Assembly (NCBI GenBank): GCA_965368975.1 | Contig: CBDUPA010000003.1 | Coordinates: 224,001-288,000 of the forward strand | Length of the DNA: 64,000 nt | From: an uncultured bacterium | GTDB taxonomy: Bacteria > Acidobacteriota > Thermoanaerobaculia > Multivoradales > JAHZIX01 | Direction: 5' to 3' | Part shown: piece by piece, positions 36,090 to 46,500 of the stretch | Layout of the letters: every line of letters starts with the position of its first letter | Position numbering within the stretch: the stretch's first letter is position 1 | Notes under the pieces: generated by a model | What the model saw: the letters and a program-made list of their open reading frames with translations, nothing else | The model's database searches: none | What the model was told of the DNA's origin: nothing | Program-made: the position numbers and the translations under genes

Positions 36090-38480
36090 CTAGAGCGCAA
36101 TCGGCGCTGACAAGAGGGCGCCCGGAATGCCGAAGGCGTCGACCAGGGCGCCGGCTTGTGGCCGTAATTCGGAGCACAGGGCGTCCACCTGTTCACGAAG
36201 GGCCAGGGAGGTCGAGGGAGCCAGGTACTGCTGTTCCAGGAACCAGCCACGGTCGGCTTCCAGGCGAGCCACCGCGTAGAGGTGGGCGACGCGGTCGAGG
36301 GTCTCGAGCAGGCTGGCGTCTGTGCCGCGGTCGCGGAGGTCTTCAAGGGCGGCGTCGAACTGTTCCAGCACCAGGCGCTCGACATGCGCCTTGCTCAGCT
36401 CTAGCAACGCACCCTGGCATTCTAGGAAGGCGTCGAAGCTATCCATGCCACGCTTCAAGCGGCTGCTCAGCGCGCGTGCTGTCGCGATCAGCAGGTGCTG
36501 CTCGCGCCAGCGCAGAGTGGCCAGCTGGAAGCCGCGGCGGTCGCGCAGCTTGGCCGGGTCGGTTGTGCCGAGCAACGCCGGCACCTGGGCGTCGAGTTCG
36601 GTGCCCGCGAGGTCGGCCAGGTGTCGCACCAGGTCGAAGAAACTCAGGTTCTCGAAGCTCTTGCGGAAGGCGCTGAGCAGGCCCTTGGCGACCAGTTGCA
36701 GCAGCACAGTGTTGTCGCCCTCGAAGGTAGTGAAGATGTCGCTGTCGGCCTTGAGACTGGCGAAGCGGTTGATCGCCAAGTAGCCTTGACCACCGCAAGC
36801 CTCACGGCATTCCTGCACGGTGTCGGTCGCGTGCCAGGTGCTGTAGGCCTTGAGGCCGGCGGCCAGGGACTCGACCTCGCGGCGTGCGGCGTCGCGATCC
36901 TCGGTGTGCTCCGACGGTAGCTGACCGGGACTCTCGGCAGCGAAGGCCTGCGCGTGCTTGGCGGCCAGGTGACGCATGGCGTAGTGCAGAGCATAGGTGG
37001 TGGCCAGGCGCGGCAGCAGACGGTGCTGGTGGCTGCGGTAGTCGAGCAGCACGATCTCGGGTCCGCCCTCGGGACCGAACTGACGCCGCCGCAGGGCGTA
37101 GCGAACGGCAATGGTGAGCGCCGACTTGGCGACCGAGACGCCGGCGCAAGCCACCGCCACGCGGCCGCCCACTAGCGTTCCGAGCATGGTGAAGAAGCGC
37201 TTGCCCGGGCTTGGGATGGGGCTGCTGTACTCGCCGTCGGCGGACACCGCGCCGAAGCGGTCGAGCAGATTCTCGCGTGGCACGCGCACGCGCTGGAAGG
37301 TGAGGCGGCCGTTGTCGACGCCTTCGAGGCCGAGCTTGCGGCCACAATCCTCGATGGTCACGCCCGGCAGCGCCTGGCCGCGAGCGTCGCGGATCGGCAC
37401 CAGGAAAGCGTGGACGCCGTGCTCGTCGACACCACTGCCCTGGCGAGAGCCGCCGCTGCGCGGAATCTCCAACTGCGCGAAGACGGTCGCCAGTCGTCCG
37501 TGGGCGGCAGCGTTGCCGATGTAGTCCTTGCGTGCCTCGGGCGTCGGTGTGTGGATCTCGAAGACGCCGGCCTGCTTGAGGTAGCGGGCCCGGGTTTCGA
37601 CGTCCCGCACGTTGGAGCCGTGACCGGTTTCAGTCATGGCGAAGCAGCCGGGCAGGGCTAGAGCGGCGACATCGCGCAGGTAGCGGTGGTGATGGCGGTC
37701 GGTACCCAGTTGCAAGATGCTGCCGCCGAACAAGCCGAACTGCACGCCGAACTTGACCAGCAGGCTGAGGTCGCCGAAGGCCAAGGTTTCGAAGGTCGCG
37801 ACGAAGGCGCCGAGGTTGCCGCCGCCGCCATAGACTGGCGGATAGCTCTGGCCGCCGAAGCCGGCGTCGGCGAGCTTGTGACAGGCGTCGAGGACCCACT
37901 GCCGATAGGCGGGCCGCGGCAGCTCGGGGGCGCGCGCCAGGTTCTCGCGTTCAAGCAGGCCGAGCAGGCGGCGGCGCAGACCTCCGTGCGGTTCGGCGAG
38001 CACATGGGCCAGGTGTTCTGGCGAGAAGCTCGCGGTCGAGGGTGCTGTGCTCCCGTGAGTCTGGCCAGCACCACGACGCCCCAGCAGTCGCCGTGCCGCT
38101 TCTGGACCGACGACGCCGAGAGCCGCTTCGAGCTGCTGTAGCGCACGCATCTCGGCGTCCGATAGCGCCCGGTCGGAGGGGAGCAGACGCTGGCCCAGCT
38201 GGCTCAGGTCGAGGCGCTCCTCGGGGCTCAGCTCGGTGGCGCTGTCGCGAATACGGTGCAGGATGTCCTGGAGCTGCTGGGCCGACGGTGGCTGCTCGGG
38301 GTCGAGGAAGCCGGTCAGCAAGTCCGCGCACCTGTAGCCATCTGCGTCCGCTTCGACCTGTGCGCAGATGGTACGAATCTCGGCGATGCTCAGCGCACCG
38401 TCGGCCCAGGCGATGTGCAACATCGGCAGGTAGGGCAGCAGGCGTGGGTCACGCAGCGGATCTTCCAGGTTCGAACTCAT
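36090..38480 (-). CDS. Acyl-CoA oxidase/dehydrogenase with N-terminal TerB-like extension
   Basis: GCFAMTETGHGSNV, KDYIGNAA, GVDNG, CREACGGQGY, TFEGDN; N-terminal AWADG.LS..E. Confidence 0.88.
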   Translation of the reverse strand: MSSNLEDPLRDPRLLPYLPMLHIAWADGALSIAEIRTICAQVEADADGYRCADLLTGFLDPEQPPSAQQLQDILHRIRDSATELSPEERLDLSQLGQRLLPSDRALSDAEMRALQQLEAALGVVGPEAARRLLGRRGAGQTHGSTAPSTASFSPEHLAHVLAEPHGGLRRRLLGLLERENLARAPELPRPAYRQWVLDACHKLADAGFGGQSYPPVYGGGGNLGAFVATFETLAFGDLSLLVKFGVQFGLFGGSILQLGTDRHHHRYLRDVAALALPGCFAMTETGHGSNVRDVETRARYLKQAGVFEIHTPTPEARKDYIGNAAAHGRLATVFAQLEIPRSGGSRQGSGVDEHGVHAFLVPIRDARGQALPGVTIEDCGRKLGLEGVDNGRLTFQRVRVPRENLLDRFGAVSADGEYSSPIPSPGKRFFTMLGTLVGGRVAVACAGVSVAKSALTIAVRYALRRRQFGPEGGPEIVLLDYRSHQHRLLPRLATTYALHYAMRHLAAKHAQAFAAESPGQLPSEHTEDRDAARREVESLAAGLKAYSTWHATDTVQECREACGGQGYLAINRFASLKADSDIFTTFEGDNTVLLQLVAKGLLSAFRKSFENLSFFDLVRHLADLAGTELDAQVPALLGTTDPAKLRDRRGFQLATLRWREQHLLIATARALSSRLKRGMDSFDAFLECQGALLELSKAHVERLVLEQFDAALEDLRDRGTDASLLETLDRVAHLYAVARLEADRGWFLEQQYLAPSTSLALREQVDALCSELRPQAGALVDAFGIPGALLSAPIAL

Positions 38481-38505
38481 GTGGGCCTCCGATCAGCGGA
38501 ACGGG

Positions 38506-40236
38506 TCAGGTGGATGTGCTGCAAGGAGCGGTGGAGAGAGACTTGGCGTCGGCGGTCAGGCGGCGCGAGGCGTCTGGCGTCACCAACAAGATCAGTTGAT
38601 CGTGAGCGTGCAGCCGCGTCGGTCCGCGCGGGATCAGCATCGTATCGCCGTGCAACACGGCGACCACGGTTGCTCCCTCGACGCTACCGATGCTCTCGGC
38701 GACGGTCGAGCCATCGAGCGCGGAGTGCGGCTGCACATCGAGGCTCACTAACATGCCGATTCCTTCGGCGCTCACCGGCACCGGCTCGCCGTAGCGTAGC
38801 AAGTTGACCAGCCGTGGCAGCGTCAACTCACCAGCGTCGACGCGGCCGCCTTCCAGCACCTCGAGTGCCCTACGGACGAACACGCCGCGATGGGCGGGGG
38901 AGTCCTCGCGGTCTTCGACCTGAGATTCGTAGAGCGTGGGGTAGCGCCGACCGGTGGTCAAGGTCCGCTGGATCAAGAAAGCGAGGACGTTGGCCAGCAT
39001 GGCGGGGACAATCAAACCATAGCCGCCGGTCATCTCGGCGACCAGGATGAGCGTCGAGATCGGTGTGCGCGCGGCACCGGCGAAGACTGCTGCCATGCCG
39101 ACGACGATCAGCGCCGGTGCCGATGGCTCGCCCGGCAACCAAGGCCCCAGCCCTCCGGCGACTACCGCGCCGAGCATGGCGCCCAGGGTGATGGTCGGGG
39201 CGAAGACGCCGCCGGCACCTCCGGAGCCGATGGTCAGCACCATCGCCGGTCCCTTGGCCAGGAGGAGCAGCAGCAGCAAGGTCAACGGCAGTTGCCCGCT
39301 CAACGCCAGTTCGACCCAGCCGTAGCCCGTGCCCAGGAGCTCGGGCGCGGCCAGCGCCAGCAGTCCGACCAGCAGTCCCCCGAGGGCTGGGCGCAGCGAG
39401 CGCGGCAGCGGGACGCGCCTGAAGAGGTCTCTACCGTGGTAGAAGAGCGCTGGTAACAGGGCGCCCAAGGCGCCTGCCAGCAGGCCCAGGATGGCGAAGC
39501 CGAGCAGGTCCTCCGGTGCGAAGCCGAGGCCAGGCGGTACCGCGAAGATCGGCTCCCAACCGGCGAAGAGACCGTGCACGGCGTAGGCAGTGACCGCCGA
39601 GATGATGGTGTAGATCAAGGCTTCGGATTCGAAGACCATGCCGGCATAGAGGATCTCGACGGCGAAGATCGCCATTCCCAAGGGGGCCTGGAACATCGCC
39701 GCGAGCCCGGCCGACATGCCGGCGAGCAGGAGGATGCGGCGTTCCTCGCCGCGCAGCTTGAGGATGCGAGCGAGCATGGCGCCGACACCGACCGCGATCT
39801 GAGCTGTCGGACCCTCGCGCCCGGCGACGCCACCCGAGCCGAGCGTCAAGGCCGAGGCAATGGCTTTGACCACTGGTGTGCGGCTGCGCACGTCGGCGCC
39901 GCGCTGGTGGTAGGCGGCGACCGCGGCGTCGGTGCCGTGCCCCTCGGCCTCGGGCGCGAAGCGGAACACGAGCCAGCCCGAGAGCAGGCCACCCAGGGTC
40001 GTCACAACGGGCAACCACCAGCGCTGCGGCCAGCCGGGCACCACGTGTTCCGGAGTCAGCTCACCGGCGCCCGGTGGACGGTAGCCGCCGATACCCTCGA
40101 GAAGCAGCAGCTGCGCCCACTCGACCAACTGGTCGAAGAGCAAGGCCGCCAGCGCCCCCGCGACGCCGATCAAGCAGCAATAGCCGACCATGCGGTACGT
40201 CGGTGCGAACAGCGGCTTGGTGACGCGGTGGTCCAT
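38506..40236 (-). CDS. CLC-family chloride channel/antiporter with C-terminal TrkA-C domain
   Basis: APEAEGHGTD, GREGP, GGVFAP, EMTGGY; TAGGGT box 7 nt before ATG 40236. Confidence 0.9.
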   Translation of the reverse strand: MDHRVTKPLFAPTYRMVGYCCLIGVAGALAALLFDQLVEWAQLLLLEGIGGYRPPGAGELTPEHVVPGWPQRWWLPVVTTLGGLLSGWLVFRFAPEAEGHGTDAAVAAYHQRGADVRSRTPVVKAIASALTLGSGGVAGREGPTAQIAVGVGAMLARILKLRGEERRILLLAGMSAGLAAMFQAPLGMAIFAVEILYAGMVFESEALIYTIISAVTAYAVHGLFAGWEPIFAVPPGLGFAPEDLLGFAILGLLAGALGALLPALFYHGRDLFRRVPLPRSLRPALGGLLVGLLALAAPELLGTGYGWVELALSGQLPLTLLLLLLLAKGPAMVLTIGSGGAGGVFAPTITLGAMLGAVVAGGLGPWLPGEPSAPALIVVGMAAVFAGAARTPISTLILVAEMTGGYGLIVPAMLANVLAFLIQRTLTTGRRYPTLYESQVEDREDSPAHRGVFVRRALEVLEGGRVDAGELTLPRLVNLLRYGEPVPVSAEGIGMLVSLDVQPHSALDGSTVAESIGSVEGATVVAVLHGDTMLIPRGPTRLHAHDQLILLVTPDASRRLTADAKSLSTAPCSTST

Positions 40237-40311
40237 TCCCCGAACCCTAGCACTGCGCGCGGCCTGGCACCATGTAGGGCGACGCTGCGCGCCAGTGATG
40301 GACAGTCCGCG

Positions 40312-41595
40312 ATGGACACTCCACGATTGACACAGGACGGACAGTGGAGGACACTCGATTCTGTGAAGAACACGAATGCCGAAGCCGACTTCCAAGCTCT
40401 GCAGACCAGCTTCTGTGCTCATCTGGAGAGTGAGTTGCGCAGCCGTCTGGCGGAGAAGCGCCATCTCACCAGTGGCTATGCCCCGCAGGCACTGCCCTTG
40501 CTCGACGCGCTCGAAGACCTGGTTCTGGCACGCAGCAAGCGATTGCGGCCGGCACTGGTGTACTTCAGCTACAAGGCGTGCGGCGGGGAGAGTGAGGCCG
40601 CGGTGCTGCCGCTGGCGCTAGCAGCCGAGCTTCTGCACACCTACTTGCTGATCCACGACGACATCATGGACCGGGCACCGACCCGGCGGGGCCGACCCAG
40701 CGCGCACGCCCGCTTCGCCGCCGAGCACCGCCGCCATGGCTGGCGCGGAGACGCCGAACACTACGGCACGTCGATGGCGGTCTTGGTTGGTGATCTGGCA
40801 CACACCTGGGCCGACGAACTGGTCACGGGGGTGCAGGTCCCGGCGGTTGCCGCCCAGGCCAAGGAATCGCGGCGTGGCCGTGCCCTCGCGCGTCGGTCTT
40901 TGGTGGGCCGGTCCCGGGCGGGGAAGTCAAAGGAGTCGTCGGCGTCCGGCCTGGTGGCTCGACGGCATGCCTTGCACCACGTCTACTACCAGATGAGTCA
41001 CGAGGTGATCGATGGCCAGTATCTGGAGATGCATCTCGGGCTCGAACTGGGCGGCGAAGGCACAGCCAAGGACGATGTCCAGCTGCCGGACCAGGCGCTC
41101 CTGAATCGCGTCTTGCGTCTCAAGTCGGGCATGTACAGCGTCGAACGACCGATCGAGCTCGGGGCCTTGCTGGCGGGTGCTGGGGAGCATCGGCTATCGG
41201 CTCTGGCGCGCTATGGTCGGGCGGTGGGAGAGGCCTTCCAGTTGCAGGACGACGTTCTTGGCCTCTACGGCGATCCGGGAGCCACCGGCAAGCCAGTGGG
41301 GGGCGACCTGCGCGAGGGCAAGTACACCTTCTTGATCCACCACGCGTTGCAGCGCCTGCCGGCGGCGGATGGTCAGCGCTTGTTGCAGGCACTGGGGTGT
41401 GCCGACCTGGCGCCGGCACAGGCCGAAGAACTCGCGCAGCTGGTGCGGACTTGCGGTGGACTGGCAGCGGTCGAAGAGATGATCGACGATCGCTGTCGGC
41501 GGGCCGCGGAAGCGCTCGATGGGCTCGATTTCACGCCTGCCGGCAAGGCTTTTTTCCACGGTCTCATCGCCTACGTCGCCGGCCGAGATCACTAG
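40312..41595 (+). CDS. Polyprenyl diphosphate synthase (IdsA/GGPPS-like)
   Basis: KRLRP, IHDDIMD..TRRG, GQYLE, FQLQDD, GKPVGGDLREGK; start uncertain (40312 or 40363). Confidence 0.88.
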   Translation: MDTPRLTQDGQWRTLDSVKNTNAEADFQALQTSFCAHLESELRSRLAEKRHLTSGYAPQALPLLDALEDLVLARSKRLRPALVYFSYKACGGESEAAVLPLALAAELLHTYLLIHDDIMDRAPTRRGRPSAHARFAAEHRRHGWRGDAEHYGTSMAVLVGDLAHTWADELVTGVQVPAVAAQAKESRRGRALARRSLVGRSRAGKSKESSASGLVARRHALHHVYYQMSHEVIDGQYLEMHLGLELGGEGTAKDDVQLPDQALLNRVLRLKSGMYSVERPIELGALLAGAGEHRLSALARYGRAVGEAFQLQDDVLGLYGDPGATGKPVGGDLREGKYTFLIHHALQRLPAADGQRLLQALGCADLAPAQAEELAQLVRTCGGLAAVEEMIDDRCRRAAEALDGLDFTPAGKAFFHGLIAYVAGRDH

Positions 41596-41608
41596 GGCGG
41601 AGCGCGCC

Positions 41609-42775
41609 GTGCTCGACCGCGTGGAAGTTTCGGCCCCTGGCAAGCTGATCCTGATGGGAGAGCACGCTGTGGTCTACGGTCAGCCGGCACTGGTGGCCGC
41701 AGTTGACTTGCGGCTTCAGGTCCGTCTGCGCCGCGCTCCGGAGGTCCGTGGCTTGCGCCTGTCCTTGCCCGACCTCGATCCTCCGGGCGATGCTGCTGGC
41801 CTCGAGGCTGCCGTGCCGTGGAGGCAAATCGACACCGAGACGCGGCAGGCCGCGGAGCGCTGGCAACGTTGGTACGACGCGGCGGGCGCGCTGCCGTTCG
41901 ACGCGGCAGGCGGCGTGCGTGCGGTACGCCTGGCGGTCGGAGAGGCACGCGCCGCGGCTGAACGGCTGGGGCTCCGGGTACCCGAGGACGTCGGCGCCGA
42001 GCTGGAAATCCGGTCCGAGCTTCCGGTGGGGGCCGGTTTTGGTAGCTCGGCGGCGATGGCGGTGGCGATTGTCCTGGCGTGGTGGCGGTGGTGGGGCATC
42101 GAGGTCGAGGCTCGCGACCAGTCGGACTTGCGCGCCGAAGTGCAGCGCACGGCGTTGGAGATCGAACGGCGACAGCATGGCACGCCATCGGGCGTCGATA
42201 CCGCGGCGGTCTTGCACGGTGGTCTGCTCTGGGCACGGCGGCGCCAGGATGGCAGCGTCGAGATGGAGCTTCTGGAGCCAGCCCACGATGGGCTGCGCGA
42301 ATTGTGCGTCTTCCATAGCGGCACGCCTGCCGAGACCACCGGCGAAGTCGTGGCGGCGGTGCGCGCGCGACGCCGGCAGCGCCCGACACAGGTGGACGCG
42401 GCTCTCGACGAACTCGGAAGCGCGGCGCATGCGCTGCGAGCGTACCTGACGCAGCAGGATGCCCCGCGCGCCGACCTGCTGGCGGCCGTCCGGCACGCGG
42501 AAGCCCGGCTCGAGACACTCGGTGTGGTGCCCGAGCCGGTGCGTCGGCGGTTCCGGCAGCTGGAGGCCGCGGGCGGTGCCGGCAAGATCTCGGGGGCGGG
42601 TGCGCTCAGCGGTGAGGCTGCGGGTTGCGTCCTGGCCGTGCCCCCCTCAGAGGCTGTCGCAGGGACTCGACCACCGGCAACGAGCGAACCTCTGCCGGGG
42701 CTGGACGGGCTGAGTCGTCTCTACGTGGGCCTGGGCGGCACAGGGGCGCTTTCGGCAACGGCTACTTTGGGCTAA
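41609..42775 (+). CDS. mvk: Mevalonate kinase (GHMP family)
   Basis: SAPGKLILMGEHAVVYG, PVGAGFGSSAA, HGTPSGVD, KISGAG. Confidence 0.85.
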   Translation: MLDRVEVSAPGKLILMGEHAVVYGQPALVAAVDLRLQVRLRRAPEVRGLRLSLPDLDPPGDAAGLEAAVPWRQIDTETRQAAERWQRWYDAAGALPFDAAGGVRAVRLAVGEARAAAERLGLRVPEDVGAELEIRSELPVGAGFGSSAAMAVAIVLAWWRWWGIEVEARDQSDLRAEVQRTALEIERRQHGTPSGVDTAAVLHGGLLWARRRQDGSVEMELLEPAHDGLRELCVFHSGTPAETTGEVVAAVRARRRQRPTQVDAALDELGSAAHALRAYLTQQDAPRADLLAAVRHAEARLETLGVVPEPVRRRFRQLEAAGGAGKISGAGALSGEAAGCVLAVPPSEAVAGTRPPATSEPLPGLDGLSRLYVGLGGTGALSATATLG

Positions 42776-42785
42776 GATTCTGCGC

Positions 42786-43556
42786 GTGAACGAATCTTCC
42801 ACGTCTCTACGCGTTTCCCGGCTGACCAAGAACTTCGACACCGCGGCGGGCTCCGTCGAGGTGTTGCGCGGGGTCGACCTGCACGTCGACGGTGGTGAAG
42901 CAGTCGTGATCCTGGGCCCGTCCGGCTCCGGCAAGAGCACGCTGCTGCATGTCGTCGGGACGCTCGACCGACCGACCACCGGCCGCGTCGAAATCGACGG
43001 TCGGGATCCCTTCTCGCTCGACGAGGAGGAGCTGGCGCGTTTCCGCAACCACAGCGTCGGTTTCGTCTTCCAAGATCACTACCTGCTGCCGCAGTACTCC
43101 GTGCTCGAGAACGTCGTGCTGCCGAGCCTGGCGTTTCCGTCCGAAGAGGCCGGCCAAGCACCGTTCCGAGCACGCCAGCTGCTCGATCGTGTCGGTCTGT
43201 CGCATCGCCTCGATCACCGGCCGTCGCAGCTCTCGGGCGGCGAGCGGCAGCGCGTCGCGATCGTCCGGGCTCTGCTGCACAGTCCGAGTCTGCTGTTGTG
43301 CGACGAGCCGACCGGCAATCTGGACAGCGAGACCGCGGCGATCGTCACCGAGATGCTGTTCGAGCTGCACCGCGACATGGGCAATATCCTGCTGGTGATC
43401 ACCCACAGCCTGGATCTGGCCGCGCACTTCGAGCGGCGCCTAGTTCTAACCGACGGGCAGCTGAGTGACGCGCGTTCCAGTGATCGGCATCCGAGTGATG
43501 GGCGCCCTGGCGAAGACGAGACGAGCGCGGTGCCGGCGGACGGCCGGTCGTCATGA
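42786..43556 (+). CDS. ABC transporter ATP-binding protein (LolD/MacB-like)
   Basis: GPSGSGKST, LSGGERQR, DEPTGNLD, ITH. Confidence 0.93.
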   Translation: MNESSTSLRVSRLTKNFDTAAGSVEVLRGVDLHVDGGEAVVILGPSGSGKSTLLHVVGTLDRPTTGRVEIDGRDPFSLDEEELARFRNHSVGFVFQDHYLLPQYSVLENVVLPSLAFPSEEAGQAPFRARQLLDRVGLSHRLDHRPSQLSGGERQRVAIVRALLHSPSLLLCDEPTGNLDSETAAIVTEMLFELHRDMGNILLVITHSLDLAAHFERRLVLTDGQLSDARSSDRHPSDGRPGEDETSAVPADGRSS

Positions 43557-46500
43557 GACAGAGCCTGGCTTTTTTCTGGCGCCGCCACCTGGCGGTCGCG
43601 GTCGGTGCGGCACTCGCGTGTGCCGTCCTCACCGGAGCCTTGATCGTCGGTGATTCGGTACGCGGTAGTCTGCGCGCACTGGCGCTGCAGCGGTTGGGTG
43701 GGGTCGAGGCAGCGGTGGTCACCGAGGGTTTCTTCCGCGCTGCGCTCGCCAATGAGATCGGCAGCCAGCTGTCTGTCGCTCCGGACGCTGAGTTGGCCCA
43801 ACTGCGCGCGGTGCCGCTGCTACTGCTGCCAGCGAGCGCGGTGCACGTCAGCAGCGGTAGCCGTGCCGCCAACGTCACGCTGCATGGCGTCGACGAACGC
43901 TTTCTAGGTCTCTATCGGACCGATTCCGGCGAGACTCCCAGCGCGCTGGACGAGGCGTGGAGCTTCGACCCGCCAGAGGGCATCGGCCGTCTGTTTCCGC
44001 CGGTGCGACTGAACGAGAGCCTGCAGCGTGAACTGGGCGCCGAGGTCGGCGATCCGCTGCTGCTCAGCTTCCGCCGGGCCACCACCGTGCCACGCTCGTC
44101 GCTGCTCGGGCGCCGTGACGCGCGCGAGGTGGTGCAGACAATCCGCTTGACGTTCATCGGCACGGTGCCAGACGCCGGTGCAGGCAGCTTTCATCTGGCA
44201 CCCGACCAGAGCGTGCCGCGCAACGCCTTCGTCCACCTGCCGGATCTGCAGCGTTCCTTGCGCAGGCCGCAGCGGGTGAATGCACTGCTGGTCGGTGCGG
44301 CGACGCGGGCGGGTGTCGCCGAGGCCCTGGACGCCGAACGTCTGCGTCCGGTTACCACGGCTCTGCGCGCGAACCTGCGACTGGAAGACCTCGGTCTGCG
44401 TCTCGAGGTCTCGCCACCAGCAGCAGAGGCGCCAGAAGCTCCGACGACCGGAACCGTTCTACTGTCGAGCGAGCGCTACATCCTGCGCGATGTCACGGTC
44501 GACACGGCGCGTGCGATCGCCGATGACCTGGGAGCCGCCCACCGTGCTTATCTGACCTATCTCGCCAACCGCGTCGAGACCGTGGACGGCGGTTCCTCGG
44601 AAGGTAGCATCGTGCCGTACTCGATGGTCACCGCGCTCGGCCCGGTGCAGGGGGCGGCAGAGGGTGGAGACGCCGGGCGTGCGGCGCTGGGGACCCTGGT
44701 CGACGCGGCGGGTGTCGAGGTACCCGTGCCCGGAGATGGGGAGATCCTGCTCAGCACGTGGACGCAGGAGGATCTGTCCGCGACTGCTGGCGATGCGGTC
44801 GATCTGAGCTACTTCGTGGTCGACGAGGCCGAGCAGCTGCAAGAGCAGAGTGCGCGACTGCGGCTGGGTGGGTTCGTGGCGCAGCGCAGTCTCGGTGCTG
44901 ACCGCTCGCTGACCCCCGACTATCAGGGCATCACCGACAGCCCGACCATCGCCGGCTGGGATCCACCGTTTCCCGTCGACCTGTCGCTGATTCGCCCGCG
45001 CGACGAGGACTACTGGCGTGACTACCGCGGTACGCCCAAGGCCTTCGTCTCGCTGGCCACCGGCAAGCAGCTGTGGACGTCGCGATTCGGGGGGCACACC
45101 GGTGTCGTGCTGGCACCGAGCCAGGGTGACGCCGCCCAGCTCGCCGTCGACCTCGAGGCGCGGCTACGTGCGGCGTTGCCGCTCGGCGCCTTCGGTCTGC
45201 AGCCGCAGGCCGTGCGTGTGCAGGCCCTCGACGCGGCGCGCGGTGCCAACGATTTCGCCGGGTTGTTCGTTGGCTTCAGCTGGTTCCTGATCGTCGCAGC
45301 GGTGCTGCTCGTGGTCATGCTCTTCGGCCTCGGCGTCGAGCAGAGGGCCAAGGAAGTCGGCTTGCTGCGCGCTGTCGGTTTCTCGGAAGCCTCGGTGCGG
45401 CGCCGCTTCCTGGGTGAGGCCTCGGTGCTGGCGGCCGCAGGGGCAGCCTTCGGCGTGCTCGGGGCGATCGGCTATGGCGGCCTGATGATGGCTGGCTTGC
45501 GCACGTGGTGGCGGGCCGCGGTCGGCTCGTCGCAGCTTTACTTGCACATCGAGCCTTGGACCCTGGTGCTCGGCTTCGTGCTGTCATTGCTGGTCACCCT
45601 GGGCGCCGTGTTCCTGTACTTGCGCCGGCTGCGCCGGGTGTCGGCCCCGGCTTTGCTCGGGGGCTCGGTGTCACCGCCCGCGACCGCCGAGGAGCAACCC
45701 TCGCGGCGCCTACGCTGGACCGCCTGGCTGGCTGGGCTCGGGGCGCTGGCACTCTTCACCTTCGCCTTGCTGGGCGATGCCGAGGCCTCCGCACCACTGT
45801 TCTTCGGCGTCGGTACGCTGGTGCTGATCGCGGGGCTGTGCGCCTTTGCTTTGTGGTGCCGCGGTGCTGGCGGTGGTTTCGGTGTTCTGGCCAGCGATGG
45901 TCGTGGCCGCCACGGCATTGCCCACCTCGGTATTGCCCACCTCAGCATGGCCCTGCGCAACAGTGCTCGCAACCCGGGCCGCAGCATTCTGAGCGTCGTG
46001 CTGGTGGCCTCGGCATGCTTCGTGATCGTGACGGTCGCGGCGATGCGCCGCCAGCCGGGCGACGAGCTACTGCGTAAGGACTCCGGTGCCGGTGGCCTGA
46101 CGCTGGTGGCGCAGTCCGAGGTGCCACTGTTCCATTCCCTGGCCGAGGCGGAGGGGCGCTTCGAGTTGGGCGTCGCCGAGGAGGCGGGCGAGATTCTCGA
46201 CGACACTGAGATCTATGCCGTGCGCCGCTTGCCCGGCGAAGACGCCAGCTGTCTCAACCTCTACCAGCCGACGCGTCCACACGTGCTCGGTGTACCGCCG
46301 GCCTTCGTCGAGCGCGGTGGATTCAGCTTCGCAGCGGTCGACGATAGCGTCGAGCTACCGGAGGCAGGTAATCCGTGGAGCTTGCTCGACGCCGAAGTGC
46401 CGCCCGCCCCCAGCACCGACGTCCCGGTCATCCCAGCCATTGCCGATGCCGAGACTGCGCAGTGGATCTTGAAGCTGCCCCTGGGTGAGGACCTAGTGTA

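Noticed and set aside
39574-40311. N-terminal extension of the prenyl synthase ORF (likewise 24383-24616, 6242-6778, 578-724)
   Set aside because: Overlaps neighbouring genes; family motifs begin only after the downstream start codons
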